A stretch of 64,000 nt of DNA from Candidatus Latescibacterota bacterium (GCA_965198115.1 OZ240241.1:6176001-6240000), one strand, 5' to 3'. Counted from the stretch's first letter, positions 1 through 11,678 are shown. Translations and numbers: made by a program. Notes: generated by a model not told the origin, from the sequence alone.

Positions 1-388
1 CATTCTACGTCAACGTCAACGGTGGCGGCGGCAGCTACATCGCGGGGCCTCAGAAATATGACAACGTGCTCGACGTCAGCGCCGAGTGCCGTCGCGACAA
101 CACCGCCTTCCCGGTGGTCGGGCCGCCCGTCGAATGTCTGATCGAGTCATGCATCAGAATTGCGGATGCCTTCGGCTACTGGCCCGTTCGATCCTTCCGG
201 GCCTCGGAGGAAGTCGCCGCCGCACAATCTGCCCTCTACCGCGCAGCTGGGGGACGTCGATCCAGGTCGTGAACAGGACGAATGCCGGATCACCTGTGGT
301 TCGATTTCTGAAGACGGCGTACTGGTCACCTCCCCACCCCTCGGCTGCATTCGCAGGACTGAGCGTTAAGTCGAACTCCCTGAACACG

Positions 389-787
389 ATCGGAAACCGA
401 ACTCGCCAAGCGTGTCTTGATCGAGCAGCCCCCAGTCACTGGCGAAAGTCTCGAACCACACGTCGGGGATGTGTCAGAATCGAGCGTCAGGGTCTCGATG
501 TGCTCATCGCAGAGTCACCCCTCGACCTGGACGCCTGGTTCGCCTACCTCGAAAAGGTCTGGAATCCGACTCCCATTCCACAGCCGGACCCGACTATCTC
601 CGCAACACCGTTCGACTTCGACAGCGACCTCGAGATCGGATTCGGGGATTTCCTCCTCTTCGCGGCAGCCTTCGGAAGGAACGCATCCGACCCGGATTTC
701 AATGCTCGGTTCGATGTGGATGGCGACGGAACAGTCGGTTTCTCCGACTTCGTGAACTTTGCCTCGGTTTTCGGACGACAGGTGTAG
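389..787 (+). CDS. 3' part of a surface/secreted protein with C-terminal dockerin-like (double EF-hand) domain; 5' part scrambled or outside the window
   Basis: Pro-rich linker PTPIPQPDP followed by DFDSDLEIGFGDFLLFAAAFG...FDVDGDGTVGFSDFVNFASVFG; the upstream in-frame sequence does not look like protein. Confidence 0.7.
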   Translation: MGNRTRQACLDRAAPSHWRKSRTTRRGCVRIERQGLDVLIAESPLDLDAWFAYLEKVWNPTPIPQPDPTISATPFDFDSDLEIGFGDFLLFAAAFGRNASDPDFNARFDVDGDGTVGFSDFVNFASVFGRQV

Positions 788-923
788 AAAGCTGTAAATG
801 GGACTCCTCCAGATTCTCCAACCTCTGAAGTAGCCCTCATACAGACGCAAAGCGGCCTGGCTGCCCTTCGACTCGTGTTCAGGGTAACCAGGCCGTCGTG
901 TTGCTTTTTAACGGCAGCGAAGC

Positions 924-2761
924 TCAACAACGTTTGATCACGACCACCGTCACATCATCCGCCCTGGGCGCATCGCCGCGAAAGGTGTTCACATCGCCGG
1001 CGACGGCGTCGACGATCTCCTCTGCCGAGTCCTTGCCCCGCTCACTCAGAACGGCTTCCAGACGCTCCTCCTCATAGAACTCGTCCTCCACATTCCTGCA
1101 CTCAATAACACCATCTGAATACAGAACCAGAGATTGCCCAGTCTCCAGCATCAGCTCCTCATCCAGATAGGATGTTTCGGCAGGAACCACCGCGAGACCG
1201 ATCGGTAGGCCGTCATATGGCAGCTGATTGATCGTACCATCCGTTGAGCAGACATAGGCGACGGGTGACCCGCGTTCGCCATCGTGACTTTCCCCGTCTG
1301 AACGTCCAGAACCGCCATAAATGCGGTCGCGAACATATGACTCTCGATCCGTCCGTGGAGGGACCGGTGCAGTCCGGACAGAATCTTCGACGGGTATCGA
1401 TTTGTCCGCGCTTCGTAGAAAAACATCTCGTTCAGCCGAATGGTGATGCCGGCCGCCTGCATGCCTTTACCCGAAACATCGGCGGCGAGGATGCCGAGCT
1501 GAGTTTTCTCGGCGTCCAGCCACTCGTAGCTGAAGTAGTCACCTCCGACCTCGCTCGCCGGCTCGCAAGTACCCGCAATGTCGAAGCCCTCCACTTCCGG
1601 ACTGCTCGAAGGCATCAGACTCATCTGGATCTTGTGAGCGGTCGCGAGCTCCAGGTCCATCCGTTCCTGCTCTACCATCTCTTCGTGCAACTGGGCGATC
1701 TCAAGCGCCAGCGTCACCTGATCGGCGAAGCGTTGAAGTGTTTCGAGATCCCCGAACCCCACTGACCGTCCGGATTGGCTCCGATCAGCCGCCATCACAC
1801 CCAGAGGGACGTCGTCCGATCGAAGCGGAACAGCCACGAACGCCTGGATGTTCAGGTGGCCTATCGCCGTTCGATCCAGCACGATGTCGGATTTTGCAAC
1901 GTCGTCGATCAGGACCGGTTGATTCGTGACGGCGCAACGAACCTGAATGCTCATCTCATCAGTCAGGGGCCGTTGCCAATGTCGGAGAAACGATGCGTCG
2001 TGCACCGTGCCTCCGACGATGCGACCGTTCCCCAAAACTTGACGTTCCTGATCGACCTGAACCAGCCACGCCCGATCGAACCCCAACAGCTGCACGACAG
2101 CACTCAATGCACTCTCGATGGTTTTCTCCACATCGAGTGCGGTCACGAGGGTACGTCCCACTTCTTGAAGTCGGCTCAGTTCGTCCATCCGTCGCTGCAG
2201 CGCGGTGCTCAACTCGATCGCCTCGGTATGCGATCGGGCGTTCTTCACGCCCACAGCGACGAAGTTCGACACAGCTCCGATGAGCTCTTCATCCTCCGAG
2301 ATGAAGGCGTTGCCGTCCGTTCGGTTGAGTGCTTGCAGGACGCCCACAACCCGGCCCTCGATTCGCAGAGGGGCCGCCAGAATCGACCGGGTCACGAATC
2401 CCGTCGTCTGATCGATCAGCTTGTAGTGTCGGTTGTCCTGTTCCACGTCCGGGACGTTCGCGATCTCTCCATTCGTAACCACCCACCCCGCGATGCCTTG
2501 GTTCTTCGGAAAACGGAGACCTTCGCGATCGGGGAACCGCTCGATCTCCAGGTTCGGTGAAATCTCGATCACCAGCTCATCGCGCCTCTCGTCCAGAAGA
2601 ATGACCGAAACCGCCTCGCATCCGAGTAGTTGGCCGACCTTTTCCGTGATCCGCTCGAGCACCTGACCGCGATCCAGACTCGAGTTGATCAGTGTCCCGG
2701 CTTCGACCAGTCCGTTCAGACGTTGAATCTTCTTTTCCAGGTCGACAACAGGCTGGTCCAC
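924..2761 (-). CDS. GAF-GAF-PP2C (SpoIIE/RsbU-like) Ser/Thr phosphatase, one frameshift near 1200-1260
   Basis: Two GAF domains, then EVGGDY, ADVSGKG and NAGH; SDGV and DDVTVVVI motifs lie in the second frame (ORF 924..1190). Confidence 0.85.
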
Positions 2762-2860
2762 GGATGTCCATCCTCTCAAAAGAATCAGACAAGCACTTCT
2801 CTAATATCGCTTGCTATCGTCGGGCGTTTCAACAGATTTGATAGCGTGACGTTTTTTAAA

Positions 2861-4280
2861 GGCTCTATCCGGGTTTCTCAACGGTGAAACTATAGAATGA
2901 CAAGGTCATAGATCGTTCCCTACGCTTGGTTGTGTGTGTAGGACAATCAAAGCGAAGGGGGTGCGACCTATGACCGGGAGCAGATTACTATCGAAACTGC
3001 TGAGATTCAAGGGGTTCCGTGTTGTCAGCTGGTGGTTTGAGGGGAGAAGCTGTTTCGTCATCGCCGTAAAGCCACATAAGAATGGTTGTTGTTGTCCGGA
3101 GTGCGGCCGTCGAGGTAAAATCGTCCGCACAATGCCCCATCCGCGTCGGTGGCGTGACATTCCGGTGTGCGGGTGGAGGGTCTGGCTTCTCTACCATCCT
3201 CGGGAGATTCGGTGTCCTACCCACGGTCGTGTGGTCGAGGAGATTCCGTGGGCGGAGCGGTTCTCTCGGGTGACGTATCGCTTCGAGTATGCCATGCTGC
3301 GCTACTGCCAGACCATGACGCAGAAGGCGGCGTCCGAGTTACTGCGCATCTCTGCCTCGACGCTGTCGGATCTCCTTCACCGATCCATCACGCGGCTTCG
3401 TGAAGGTCATCGTATCCGAGGGCTCAAAACCATCGGGATCGACGAGATCTCCTACGCCAAGCGTCACAGGTACGCCACGCTCGTTTACGATCTGGACCGC
3501 TCCTGCGTGGTGTGGGTTGGCCGCGGCAGGGCGCGTAAAACGATCGATCGGTTCTTCACAGAGGCTCTCAGTCCCTACCGGAGATCCAAGATCGAGTGGG
3601 CCTGCTGCGACATGAGCGAAGCTTACATCGGAGCCATCCAGGAACACTGTCCGAATGCCAAGCTGGTCCTCGATCGCTTTCACATCGTCAAGGCTCTCAA
3701 TGCCGCCGTTGACGAGGTCCGTAAGGACCAGTGGCGTAAAGCTGCCCCGGATGAGCGCAAAGCCATGAAGGGCCTCCGATGGCTCCTCTACCGGCACTCA
3801 GCGACACGCTCCAGAGGGGATACTCGGACACTCGAAGCACTGGAGAAGGCGAACTACCGAATCTATAGAGCCTGGAGACTCAAGGACGAGTTCGAGCAGT
3901 TCTGGGAATACAAAGCGCCCTGGGCTGCCGAACGCTTCCTGAAATGCTGGACGACGTCCGCACTCAGAAGTCGACTTGAACCCCTGCGAAAGTTCGTCAG
4001 GACCCTGCGACAGCACTTCTTCGGCGTCCTCGCATTCGTGAACACGCGTCTTACCAACGCCATCGCCGAAGGCCTCAACCGAATCGTCCAAATCGTCAAG
4101 AACCGAGCCAGCGGATTCCGCACACTCGACGCATTCAACGATATGATCTTCCTTACCGTCGGAGACATAAACATCCCTGAGCAGATTCCGAAGAGGTTCC
4201 GCACACTCTAACCGCGCCCCCATGCCAGGAACCACGGCACCTTCACCCACTTCATCTCGTTGAGAGATCCGGATATAGCC
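2861..4280 (+). mobile_element. ISL3-family insertion sequence
   Basis: Imperfect 23-bp terminal IRs (GGCTCTATCCGGGTTTCTCAACG and rc GGCTATATCCGGATCTCTCAACG); 8-bp target duplication TTTTTAAA at 2853-2860 and 4281-4288. Confidence 0.95.
2970..4211 (+). CDS. ISL3-family transposase
   Basis: CPECG zinc finger, IGIDE, CDM, DRFH and TNAIAEGLN motifs. Confidence 0.95.
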   Translation: MTGSRLLSKLLRFKGFRVVSWWFEGRSCFVIAVKPHKNGCCCPECGRRGKIVRTMPHPRRWRDIPVCGWRVWLLYHPREIRCPTHGRVVEEIPWAERFSRVTYRFEYAMLRYCQTMTQKAASELLRISASTLSDLLHRSITRLREGHRIRGLKTIGIDEISYAKRHRYATLVYDLDRSCVVWVGRGRARKTIDRFFTEALSPYRRSKIEWACCDMSEAYIGAIQEHCPNAKLVLDRFHIVKALNAAVDEVRKDQWRKAAPDERKAMKGLRWLLYRHSATRSRGDTRTLEALEKANYRIYRAWRLKDEFEQFWEYKAPWAAERFLKCWTTSALRSRLEPLRKFVRTLRQHFFGVLAFVNTRLTNAIAEGLNRIVQIVKNRASGFRTLDAFNDMIFLTVGDINIPEQIPKRFRTL

Positions 4281-4312
4281 TTTTTAAAGATGCTCAACCC
4301 GTGAGGCACTTT

Positions 4313-5668
4313 ATGCGCGTGAGTAGTACCTGTCTAGCTTTGTTTCTTTCTGTATCCACCCTATGGGGAAGTGAAAACTGGCCGCAGTGGCGCGGCACGG
4401 ACATGAACGGCATCAGCCTCGCCCAAGGTCTTCCCAGCGACTGGAGCACCGACAGAAACGTCGTGTGGAAAACCGAGCTTCCGACCTGGAGCGGCGGAAC
4501 GCCCATTATCCACGGTGACTGGATCTTCCTCACATCCCCGAGCCAATCCGATCCTCAACCAGAACGTGTCGAAGAACCCGAGCCAAGACCGAACGAGCGT
4601 AGACGTCGACGCAGGGGACCCCGTCGAAACCCGGGTGGCCAGGACCTGTTGCTCATCGCCTTTTCACGCAGCGACGGAACGGAGAAATGGCGAACCGTCG
4701 TGGACACGGGAAACGCTCTCCATCGCAAACACAACAACACTTCTCCTTCGCCTGTCACCGACGGCCAACACGTCTGGGTCGTCACCGGAACGGGTCAGGT
4801 CGCCGCCTACACCGTCCAGGGAAAGAAGCTATGGACGTTCAACCTTCAGGACGTCTACGGCGACTTCGGCCTGATGTGGGGCTACGGCTCGTCCCCACTC
4901 CTCTATAAGGACAGATTGATCATCGAAATTCTACACGGGATGCATACCGATCTGCCGTCCTACGTCGCTGCTTACGACAAGATGACGGGCGAGCGCCTCT
5001 GGAAGCACCTTCGTAGAACAGATGCTCCGATGGAATCTCCGGACGCTTACACCACACCCGTTCTACTCACGCACGGCGGCAAAGATGAGATCATCATCTC
5101 CGGGGCGGACTACGTGACGGGCCACGACCCGGATACGGGTGCTGAGCTCTGGCGATCAGGTGGGATGAATCCTGAAGGAAAGGGAAATCACCTGACTGCA
5201 GGCTCACCCGTTGTCGCAGACGGTATCGTTTTCGCAACGGCCAGGAAGAAACCCATTCTGGCGATCCGTGGGGGAGGCGCCGGTGACGTCACGGATAGTC
5301 ATCTGGTGTGGAAGTGGAATGGACCAGCCGGACCCGATGTCCCGTCACCCGTCACCGACGGAAAATACTTCTATATGGCCGACGATCGAGGGCTTGTGAG
5401 TTGCCTCAACGCAAAGACGGGTGAAACCATCTGGGGTCCCGAACGCACGATCCAGGGAACCGTTAGTTCGTCACCCGTCTTGGCCGACGGCAAGCTCTAC
5501 ATCCTGAACGAAAACGGCGTCACCACGGTGGTCAAAGCTGGACCCGAGTTCAAGCATCTCGCGACGAACGAGCTCGACGGCAGCTACACGTTATCATCCC
5601 CGGCTGTCGCGGGGAATCGGATCTTTATTCGAACGGGCAACTACCTCTATTGCATCGGTGAAGGATGA
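4313..5668 (+). CDS. PQQ-binding-like beta-propeller protein (BamB-like), exported
   Basis: Signal peptide, NWPQWRG motif, repeated SPV/TG..W propeller blades. Confidence 0.85.
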   Translation: MRVSSTCLALFLSVSTLWGSENWPQWRGTDMNGISLAQGLPSDWSTDRNVVWKTELPTWSGGTPIIHGDWIFLTSPSQSDPQPERVEEPEPRPNERRRRRRGPRRNPGGQDLLLIAFSRSDGTEKWRTVVDTGNALHRKHNNTSPSPVTDGQHVWVVTGTGQVAAYTVQGKKLWTFNLQDVYGDFGLMWGYGSSPLLYKDRLIIEILHGMHTDLPSYVAAYDKMTGERLWKHLRRTDAPMESPDAYTTPVLLTHGGKDEIIISGADYVTGHDPDTGAELWRSGGMNPEGKGNHLTAGSPVVADGIVFATARKKPILAIRGGGAGDVTDSHLVWKWNGPAGPDVPSPVTDGKYFYMADDRGLVSCLNAKTGETIWGPERTIQGTVSSSPVLADGKLYILNENGVTTVVKAGPEFKHLATNELDGSYTLSSPAVAGNRIFIRTGNYLYCIGEG

Positions 5669-5856
5669 GTCGAACGCAGACTCCGCGTGATTTCATAAGA
5701 CGGAGTGGAGCAGCGCTGGCAGCCGCTTCACGGGTCGTTTGTGTCAGGATGTTCAGGGTCTACCAGACATAGGTCGATTTTTCTCGCTGGGTCTTTCCCG
5801 GCAAACAGATAACGGTTCACGGCCAACGCTACCACCATTCTCCCGAGGTCTTCACA

Positions 5857-6885
5857 ATGCCCGAACAAACCGCCAACGCCACCTGGGACCCTCAATCCCC
5901 TCATATGCACGTCGGCACCCAACGATTCGAGGTAAATGACGAACACCTCGGTTTTCTCGCCCGCTGCGGCGTCAACGCCATGGCCGTCAACGACATCACA
6001 TTCCACCGCGACATTGGCTGGGACGTCGAAGAGCTCGCCGCGAAAAAAGCGAAAGCAGCCGAATATGGTGTCGATATGGAAATGGCCGCGCTACCGCTCC
6101 ACGATCTCAGCGATGACGGCGAGTGGGTGCCTCACTATATGCGCGGGAACTGGGAAAAGGGCGAGAAGGAAGTCGATCTCGTCTGCAAGATGGTCAGGGC
6201 AGCCGGAGAGGCCGGTATTCCCGCCATCAAGTACTTCCTTTGCGAAATGGAAAACCAGCGAACCGAATCGATCCCCCTCGGGCGAGGGGACTTGCGTTAC
6301 TCTACCTGGGACCTCTCAAAGGCCGACGCCGACACCCAGCGTTGGGAAGAGCCCGTCTCTACCGATCAAAACTGGGAACGCGTCACCTTTTTCCTCGAAC
6401 GCGTCATCCCCGTCGCCGAGGAATACAAAGTTCGAATGGCCTGTCACCCTTGCGATCCCTTTCTGCCGCCGGGTTACAAGGGCGTCGATCGCGTACTCGG
6501 CGGGTTCGACGGCTTTCGTCACTTCATCGAAATCTGCCCGAGCGACTACCACGGCCTCAACCTCTGTCTCGGTTGTATGGCCGAAAGCGTCAAAAACCCG
6601 CGTGAGGAAGTCCCCAACATCCTCCGCTACTTCGGCGAGCGAAAAAAGATCCACCTCATCCACTTCCGCAACATCGTCGGCGGCCAGCACAAGTTCCAGG
6701 AAGTCTATCCCGACGAAGGCGACATGGACATGTTCATCCTCGCCCAAACGCTCAGGGAGGTCGGGTATCCCCACATGATGGTCCCCGACCACGCCCCTGG
6801 TCACGACGCACCCGGTCATATGGAGCAGGCCTTCGCCTATCAGTTCGGCTACATCAAGTCCGCGATCCAGGCCGTGAACAGATAG
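5857..6885 (+). CDS. uxuA: mannonate dehydratase-like protein
   Basis: FLERVIPVAEEYKVRMACHPCDP, IHFRN, DEGDMDM, PDH, AYQFGYIK motifs. Confidence 0.75.
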   Translation: MPEQTANATWDPQSPHMHVGTQRFEVNDEHLGFLARCGVNAMAVNDITFHRDIGWDVEELAAKKAKAAEYGVDMEMAALPLHDLSDDGEWVPHYMRGNWEKGEKEVDLVCKMVRAAGEAGIPAIKYFLCEMENQRTESIPLGRGDLRYSTWDLSKADADTQRWEEPVSTDQNWERVTFFLERVIPVAEEYKVRMACHPCDPFLPPGYKGVDRVLGGFDGFRHFIEICPSDYHGLNLCLGCMAESVKNPREEVPNILRYFGERKKIHLIHFRNIVGGQHKFQEVYPDEGDMDMFILAQTLREVGYPHMMVPDHAPGHDAPGHMEQAFAYQFGYIKSAIQAVNR

Positions 6886-6925
6886 CGTCAATCCCACGCT
6901 CTTCAGGAACCTTGACGACCCCCTG

Positions 6926-7759
6926 ATGCCTCACCCGACTCCCACCTGGACCCCGCTTGAGGCGGACACCGCCACCATCGCACGCCAGTACCCCGAGCCT
7001 TTGATGGCGCTGGCCGAGGGAGTTGTTCCGGCCTTCGTTTTGCGCGGTGCCTATCCGGAGAAGGACTGTCGTGCCCTGATGGAACGGTTCGACGCACTCG
7101 GCTACTTCCGTCGCGAGACGGTAGGCGTGGAATCACAACTCAGCGGCGGCTCCTACCTTGACCTGGGCACGAGTCTGGGAAGAATGGGAGCGGACCGGGA
7201 GGCGTTCTTCGAACACGCCGAACGCACCCACGAGCTCTTTCCTCGCCTGTTCGAGGGACTCGCAGACCCAGTCGCGGCAATCTACCGCAACCTTTCCGCA
7301 CTCGCCGTGGGCAAACAGATCCGGAACGCCGTATCCACCGACGAACGGCCGTATGGTCCTGCCATCTTCCGGGTCTACCAGAGCGAGGAAGGTCACCGGC
7401 CCCATTACGATTCCGTGCGGCGTCGGGGCACCTCCAACTACGAGGTGGCGCGCTTCGCACATCAATTCGCGGGTGTGCTGTGCGTCAAGAAAGGCTCCGT
7501 TGGCGGCGACTCCGTCCTCTACCGCGCGAAAGCTGAAGGAGAGGTGGAAGACGTGCTCGGGCGAGGTGAGTTCGAGTCATACGCCATGGATCAAGACATC
7601 CCCTCCGTCCGAGTCGAGCTGGATGCGGGTGACCTCTACTTCTTCTACACTGAAAACGTCCACGAAGTTCCCCGAACGGAGCGGTCCGATACCCGCGTCG
7701 TCTTCGCGGTATTCATCGCTACGTCCCCGGATGACAGAGAAGTCTACGTTTGGTCATAG
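6926..7759 (+). CDS. 2OG-Fe(II) oxygenase-like protein
   Basis: HYD...GG...AGDLYFF..NVHEV..R facial-triad pattern. Confidence 0.7.
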   Translation: MPHPTPTWTPLEADTATIARQYPEPLMALAEGVVPAFVLRGAYPEKDCRALMERFDALGYFRRETVGVESQLSGGSYLDLGTSLGRMGADREAFFEHAERTHELFPRLFEGLADPVAAIYRNLSALAVGKQIRNAVSTDERPYGPAIFRVYQSEEGHRPHYDSVRRRGTSNYEVARFAHQFAGVLCVKKGSVGGDSVLYRAKAEGEVEDVLGRGEFESYAMDQDIPSVRVELDAGDLYFFYTENVHEVPRTERSDTRVVFAVFIATSPDDREVYVWS

Positions 7760-7932
7760 CCGGAGTCCGTTGGCCGAGTGAGTTCCTGGCATCGTCCACA
7801 GGTTGCGCAAAATTTTCGCTGCCAGTTCAAGCGAAGTCATCACCTGCAAACAGAAATGGCGACTCGATAGACCATCGAATCGCCACGCCCGCCGGGGCAC
7901 TATGCGCGAAAGTGGGCTCTCCCACTCAAGGT

Positions 7933-9702
7933 TTACGCACTGTACTGTAGCTGGTATAGCCTCGAATAGATCCCGTTGGCTCCGAGAAGCTCCTCGTGCG
8001 TCCCTTCCTCCCTTATTTCCCCGTGGTGCAACACGAGAATCTTGTCCGCGTTTCGGATCGTCGATAGCCGGTGCGCGATGACGATAGAGGTGCGGAATCG
8101 CATCAGGTTTTCCACCGCCTCCTGGATCCACACTTCCGTCTCTGTGTCCACGTTCGACGTAGCCTCGTCCAGCACCAGGATCTCAGGGTCCGCGGCAAGC
8201 GCACGAGCAAAGGACAGCAGTTGCCGCTGACCAACTGAAAGGGTCGCACCCCGCTCGTGGACTTCCTGACTGTAACCATTCGGTAGCTTGTCGATGAATC
8301 GATCCGCATTCACGTCTTGCGCGGCCTTCACAACCTGCTCGCGGGTCACATCCGGTTCCCCCAGGCTGATGTTGCTCTCGATGTCGCCGGCGAACAGGAA
8401 CACGTCCTGTTGAACGACACCCACCAGGCGTCGTAGTTCCGCAACATCCCACTCACGGATGTCCACGCCGTCCACAAGAACCGCACCTCGGTGGATCGGG
8501 TAAAAACCGCACACGAGGTTGATAATGGTGCTTTTGCCAGCCCCCGTCGCACCCACGATGGCCAAGCTTTGACCCGGCGTGACCGTGAACGACACACCCC
8601 GCAGCACCCATTCATCATCGTCGTAAGCAAACCAGACGTCGCGAAACTCGATCTCTCCCCTGACCTCGTCGGGGATGTGCTCGCCACCTTCCGTCTCCAG
8701 TGGCGTATCGAGCAATTCGAAGATGCGCTCTGAGGAAGCCATCGCTGTCTGGATCGTCTGATATCGATCCGCCATATCTCGAAGCGGCATGAAGAACCGC
8801 GGCACGTACTGCAACATGGCCACGAGTACACCCCACTCCACGGTACCCTGGACGACCTCTGCACCCCCGTACCACAAAACGAGCCCCATCAACAGCACGC
8901 CACAAAGTTCCATGAAGGGGAAGTAGATCGAGTGGTAAAGCGTGGAATACATCCGTGCATCCGTGTAGCTGTTGTTCGCGTCCTCGAAACGGCCCGAGCA
9001 CCGTTCCTCGAACCCGAACAGCTTGACCACTTCCATCCCGTAGACGGTTTCCTGCAGTGTCGCGGCAAATCGTCCGAAGCGCACTCGAGCGATCCGAAAA
9101 GCGTAGAACGTCTTCTGCTGCAACCACCAGGTGGCGGCGGCGGCAAAAGGTAGCGCGACCGCGGTAACAACACCCAGCTCGATATCCATGTAGAAGATGA
9201 AGGCCAGGATGGCAACGACGGTCAGGACGTCGTTCAGGATGGACACCACGGCGTCCGTGAACATTTCGTTCAGGGCGTCCACATCATTCGTATTCATCGC
9301 CATCAGCCGGCCAATGGGCGTACGGTCGAAGAACTTCAACGGCAGTCCCTGGAGGTGCGAAAACATTTCCAGCCGCACATCCCGCATGGCCCACTGACCG
9401 ATCATGTTCGTCGCCCAGCTCTGCCAGTAACCCACCACAAACTGCACGAACAGCAGACCGACGTAGAGAACGATCAGCCAGCCGAAGCCGTCGAAGATGC
9501 CAGGCTCGATATAATCGTCCACAGCGACCTTGGTGATGTACGGTCCGGCCTGACGTGTCGTCGAGGCCACGATGATCAGCATGAACGTCAACGCCACCCA
9601 ACGAAGATAGGGCTTTAGGTAACTCAGAAGCCGTGCCATCAACCCCAGATCTAGACCCTTGGCCTGTAGCTCGTCTTCCTGCACGCCAGGTCTGCCCGAC
9701 AT
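7933..9702 (-). CDS. ABC exporter ATP-binding/permease subunit (MdlB-like)
   Basis: TM domain plus GATGAGKS, LSVGQRQ, LDEAT, IAHRL. Confidence 0.92.
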   Translation of the reverse strand: MSGRPGVQEDELQAKGLDLGLMARLLSYLKPYLRWVALTFMLIIVASTTRQAGPYITKVAVDDYIEPGIFDGFGWLIVLYVGLLFVQFVVGYWQSWATNMIGQWAMRDVRLEMFSHLQGLPLKFFDRTPIGRLMAMNTNDVDALNEMFTDAVVSILNDVLTVVAILAFIFYMDIELGVVTAVALPFAAAATWWLQQKTFYAFRIARVRFGRFAATLQETVYGMEVVKLFGFEERCSGRFEDANNSYTDARMYSTLYHSIYFPFMELCGVLLMGLVLWYGGAEVVQGTVEWGVLVAMLQYVPRFFMPLRDMADRYQTIQTAMASSERIFELLDTPLETEGGEHIPDEVRGEIEFRDVWFAYDDDEWVLRGVSFTVTPGQSLAIVGATGAGKSTIINLVCGFYPIHRGAVLVDGVDIREWDVAELRRLVGVVQQDVFLFAGDIESNISLGEPDVTREQVVKAAQDVNADRFIDKLPNGYSQEVHERGATLSVGQRQLLSFARALAADPEILVLDEATSNVDTETEVWIQEAVENLMRFRTSIVIAHRLSTIRNADKILVLHHGEIREEGTHEELLGANGIYSRLYQLQYSA

Positions 9703-9893
9703 CGTGTGCCTGCCTCCGCCTCCAATCATAACCGCACATCACCTCCTTCCGGGGGGATTACTACCTGCCTTATGTCGATGTTGCGGGCGAACTGAAATTC
9801 GTCCCTGTCAATGTTTTCGGACGAACGCCATTCTCCTCGACGTCAACGCGCGTCTACCGTCCACCGTCTACAGTTTACCGTCACCGTTCGACC

Positions 9894-11678
9894 CTACAGC
9901 TCGTCCAACTCCTGTGCCAGGCCCTGTCGTCGGAACATCTCTCCGTAGATGCCATCGCAGGCGACAAGCTCCTCGTGCGATCCCTGTTCGACGATTCTTC
10001 CATCATCCATGACGATAATCCGGTCGGCATCCTTGACGGTCGAAATTCGATGGGCAATCACGATCGTCGTGCGTGACTTCATCACGTCTCGCAGCCCACG
10101 TAGGATTGCCTCCTCCGTGCGCGTGTCCACACTCGACATCGCGTCGTCCAGAATCAGGATCTTCGGTTCACGGATCACGGCCCGTGCCAGCGCGGTGCGC
10201 TGTTTCTGCCCGCCCGAAAGCGTCACGCCTCGCTCGCCCACGATTGTTTCGATACCGGCGGACAGAACCTCAAGATCGGGCGCGAGTTGAGAGGTCTCCG
10301 TTGCCCGCTTGACCTTGTCGCTCGTGCTCCCGGCTACACCCAGCGCCACGTTCTCACCGATCGTCTCGGAAAACAGGAACGTCTCCTGAGGCACGTATCC
10401 GATCGCTGACCGAATCTTTGGAATCGGAATCTCTTCCACGGGCTGGCCGTCGATCAGCACCTCCCCCTCGTCGCTCTGAATCAGCCGTGGAATCAGACGC
10501 GTCAGCGTCGACTTCCCCGATCCCACGCGACCCACGATCCCGAGCGTACTACCGGCCGGGATCGTGATGCTGATGTCTTCCAGCACAGCCTGTCCGTTAT
10601 ACGAAAAACTCACATCTCGAAATTCGATCTCGCCGCGGATCGAATCGTTGTCTTCATCCACCCCCGTCGGCTGCGAAGTCTCGTCGATTACTGCCTCGAT
10701 TCGCGCCAGCGAGGCGGATGCTCGCTGGAATTCGTCCACGATACGGCCCATCATCATCATCGGGCGGCTCATTCTAATCAGATAGGCATTGAACGCCACG
10801 AACGCGCCAAGCGATAGGCTACCCTCCAGAACTCTCAGACCGCCCAACCACAGGATGATGACCAGCGACACGCCATTCAGGAAGAAAGTAAACGGGTAAA
10901 ACAGACTGCGTATGTTGATCAGGGTGTGGTTCCGCGTCACATACTCGTCGTTCAGGACGCTGAACCGGCTGATCTCCGCAAGCCGTCGTGAGAACGCTTT
11001 GACGACTCGCACACCGGACAGGTTCTCACCCACACAGCTGCTTATTACGCCGAATTGTTCCTGCACACTGCGATAACCCGTGCGCATCCTGCGTGCCACG
11101 CGCTGCGTAATCAGCACCATAAGCGGCACCGGAGCCAGAGACAACAGCGCCAGCTTCCAGTCGATCGTACACATCAGAGCCAAGCTCAGGACGAACGTAA
11201 GCACCCCTGTCAGCGACATCCGGAACGCGTGGTGCAGGAAGCGCTGGATCGCCTCGACGTCGTTCGTAGCCCTCGCCATCAGATCGCCCACCTGGCGCTG
11301 GTTGAAGAATGACATCGGGAGCGTCACCAGGTGACGCACGTATTTTGTCCTAAGGTCCCGCTCCACGTAACGCGACAGGCCAGTGAAGCTGTAGCGCATG
11401 CCGAAACCGGCTACCCATTGGAGAATCCCCAGGCCCGCCAGCACGACGCCGAACCACGCAAAATCCCCGGACACGCTGCCTGTTCGTGTCGGGGGCAGAG
11501 GAAGGCCGAGATTCGAGGCATCGAGGAAAGCTTTCCCCTCGTCGATAGCCCATTTGAGAATCAGAGGAACAACGGTCTGGATAGCCTGCCCGACGAGAAG
11601 GAGCACAAGCCCGACAAGGACCATGCGTCGGTAGGGTCGAAGGTATGGATGGAAGGGTTTGAGCAGATTGACAGTCAA
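9894..11678 (-). CDS. ABC exporter ATP-binding/permease subunit (MdlA-like), heterodimer partner with degenerate Walker B
   Basis: GRVGSGKS, LSGGQKQR, LDDAMS. Confidence 0.92.
   Translation of the reverse strand: MTVNLLKPFHPYLRPYRRMVLVGLVLLLVGQAIQTVVPLILKWAIDEGKAFLDASNLGLPLPPTRTGSVSGDFAWFGVVLAGLGILQWVAGFGMRYSFTGLSRYVERDLRTKYVRHLVTLPMSFFNQRQVGDLMARATNDVEAIQRFLHHAFRMSLTGVLTFVLSLALMCTIDWKLALLSLAPVPLMVLITQRVARRMRTGYRSVQEQFGVISSCVGENLSGVRVVKAFSRRLAEISRFSVLNDEYVTRNHTLINIRSLFYPFTFFLNGVSLVIILWLGGLRVLEGSLSLGAFVAFNAYLIRMSRPMMMMGRIVDEFQRASASLARIEAVIDETSQPTGVDEDNDSIRGEIEFRDVSFSYNGQAVLEDISITIPAGSTLGIVGRVGSGKSTLTRLIPRLIQSDEGEVLIDGQPVEEIPIPKIRSAIGYVPQETFLFSETIGENVALGVAGSTSDKVKRATETSQLAPDLEVLSAGIETIVGERGVTLSGGQKQRTALARAVIREPKILILDDAMSSVDTRTEEAILRGLRDVMKSRTTIVIAHRISTVKDADRIIVMDDGRIVEQGSHEELVACDGIYGEMFRRQGLAQELDEL

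Noticed and set aside
7760-7930. 170-bp spacer between convergent genes as a MITE
   Set aside because: Only weak terminal complementarity and a single copy in this window
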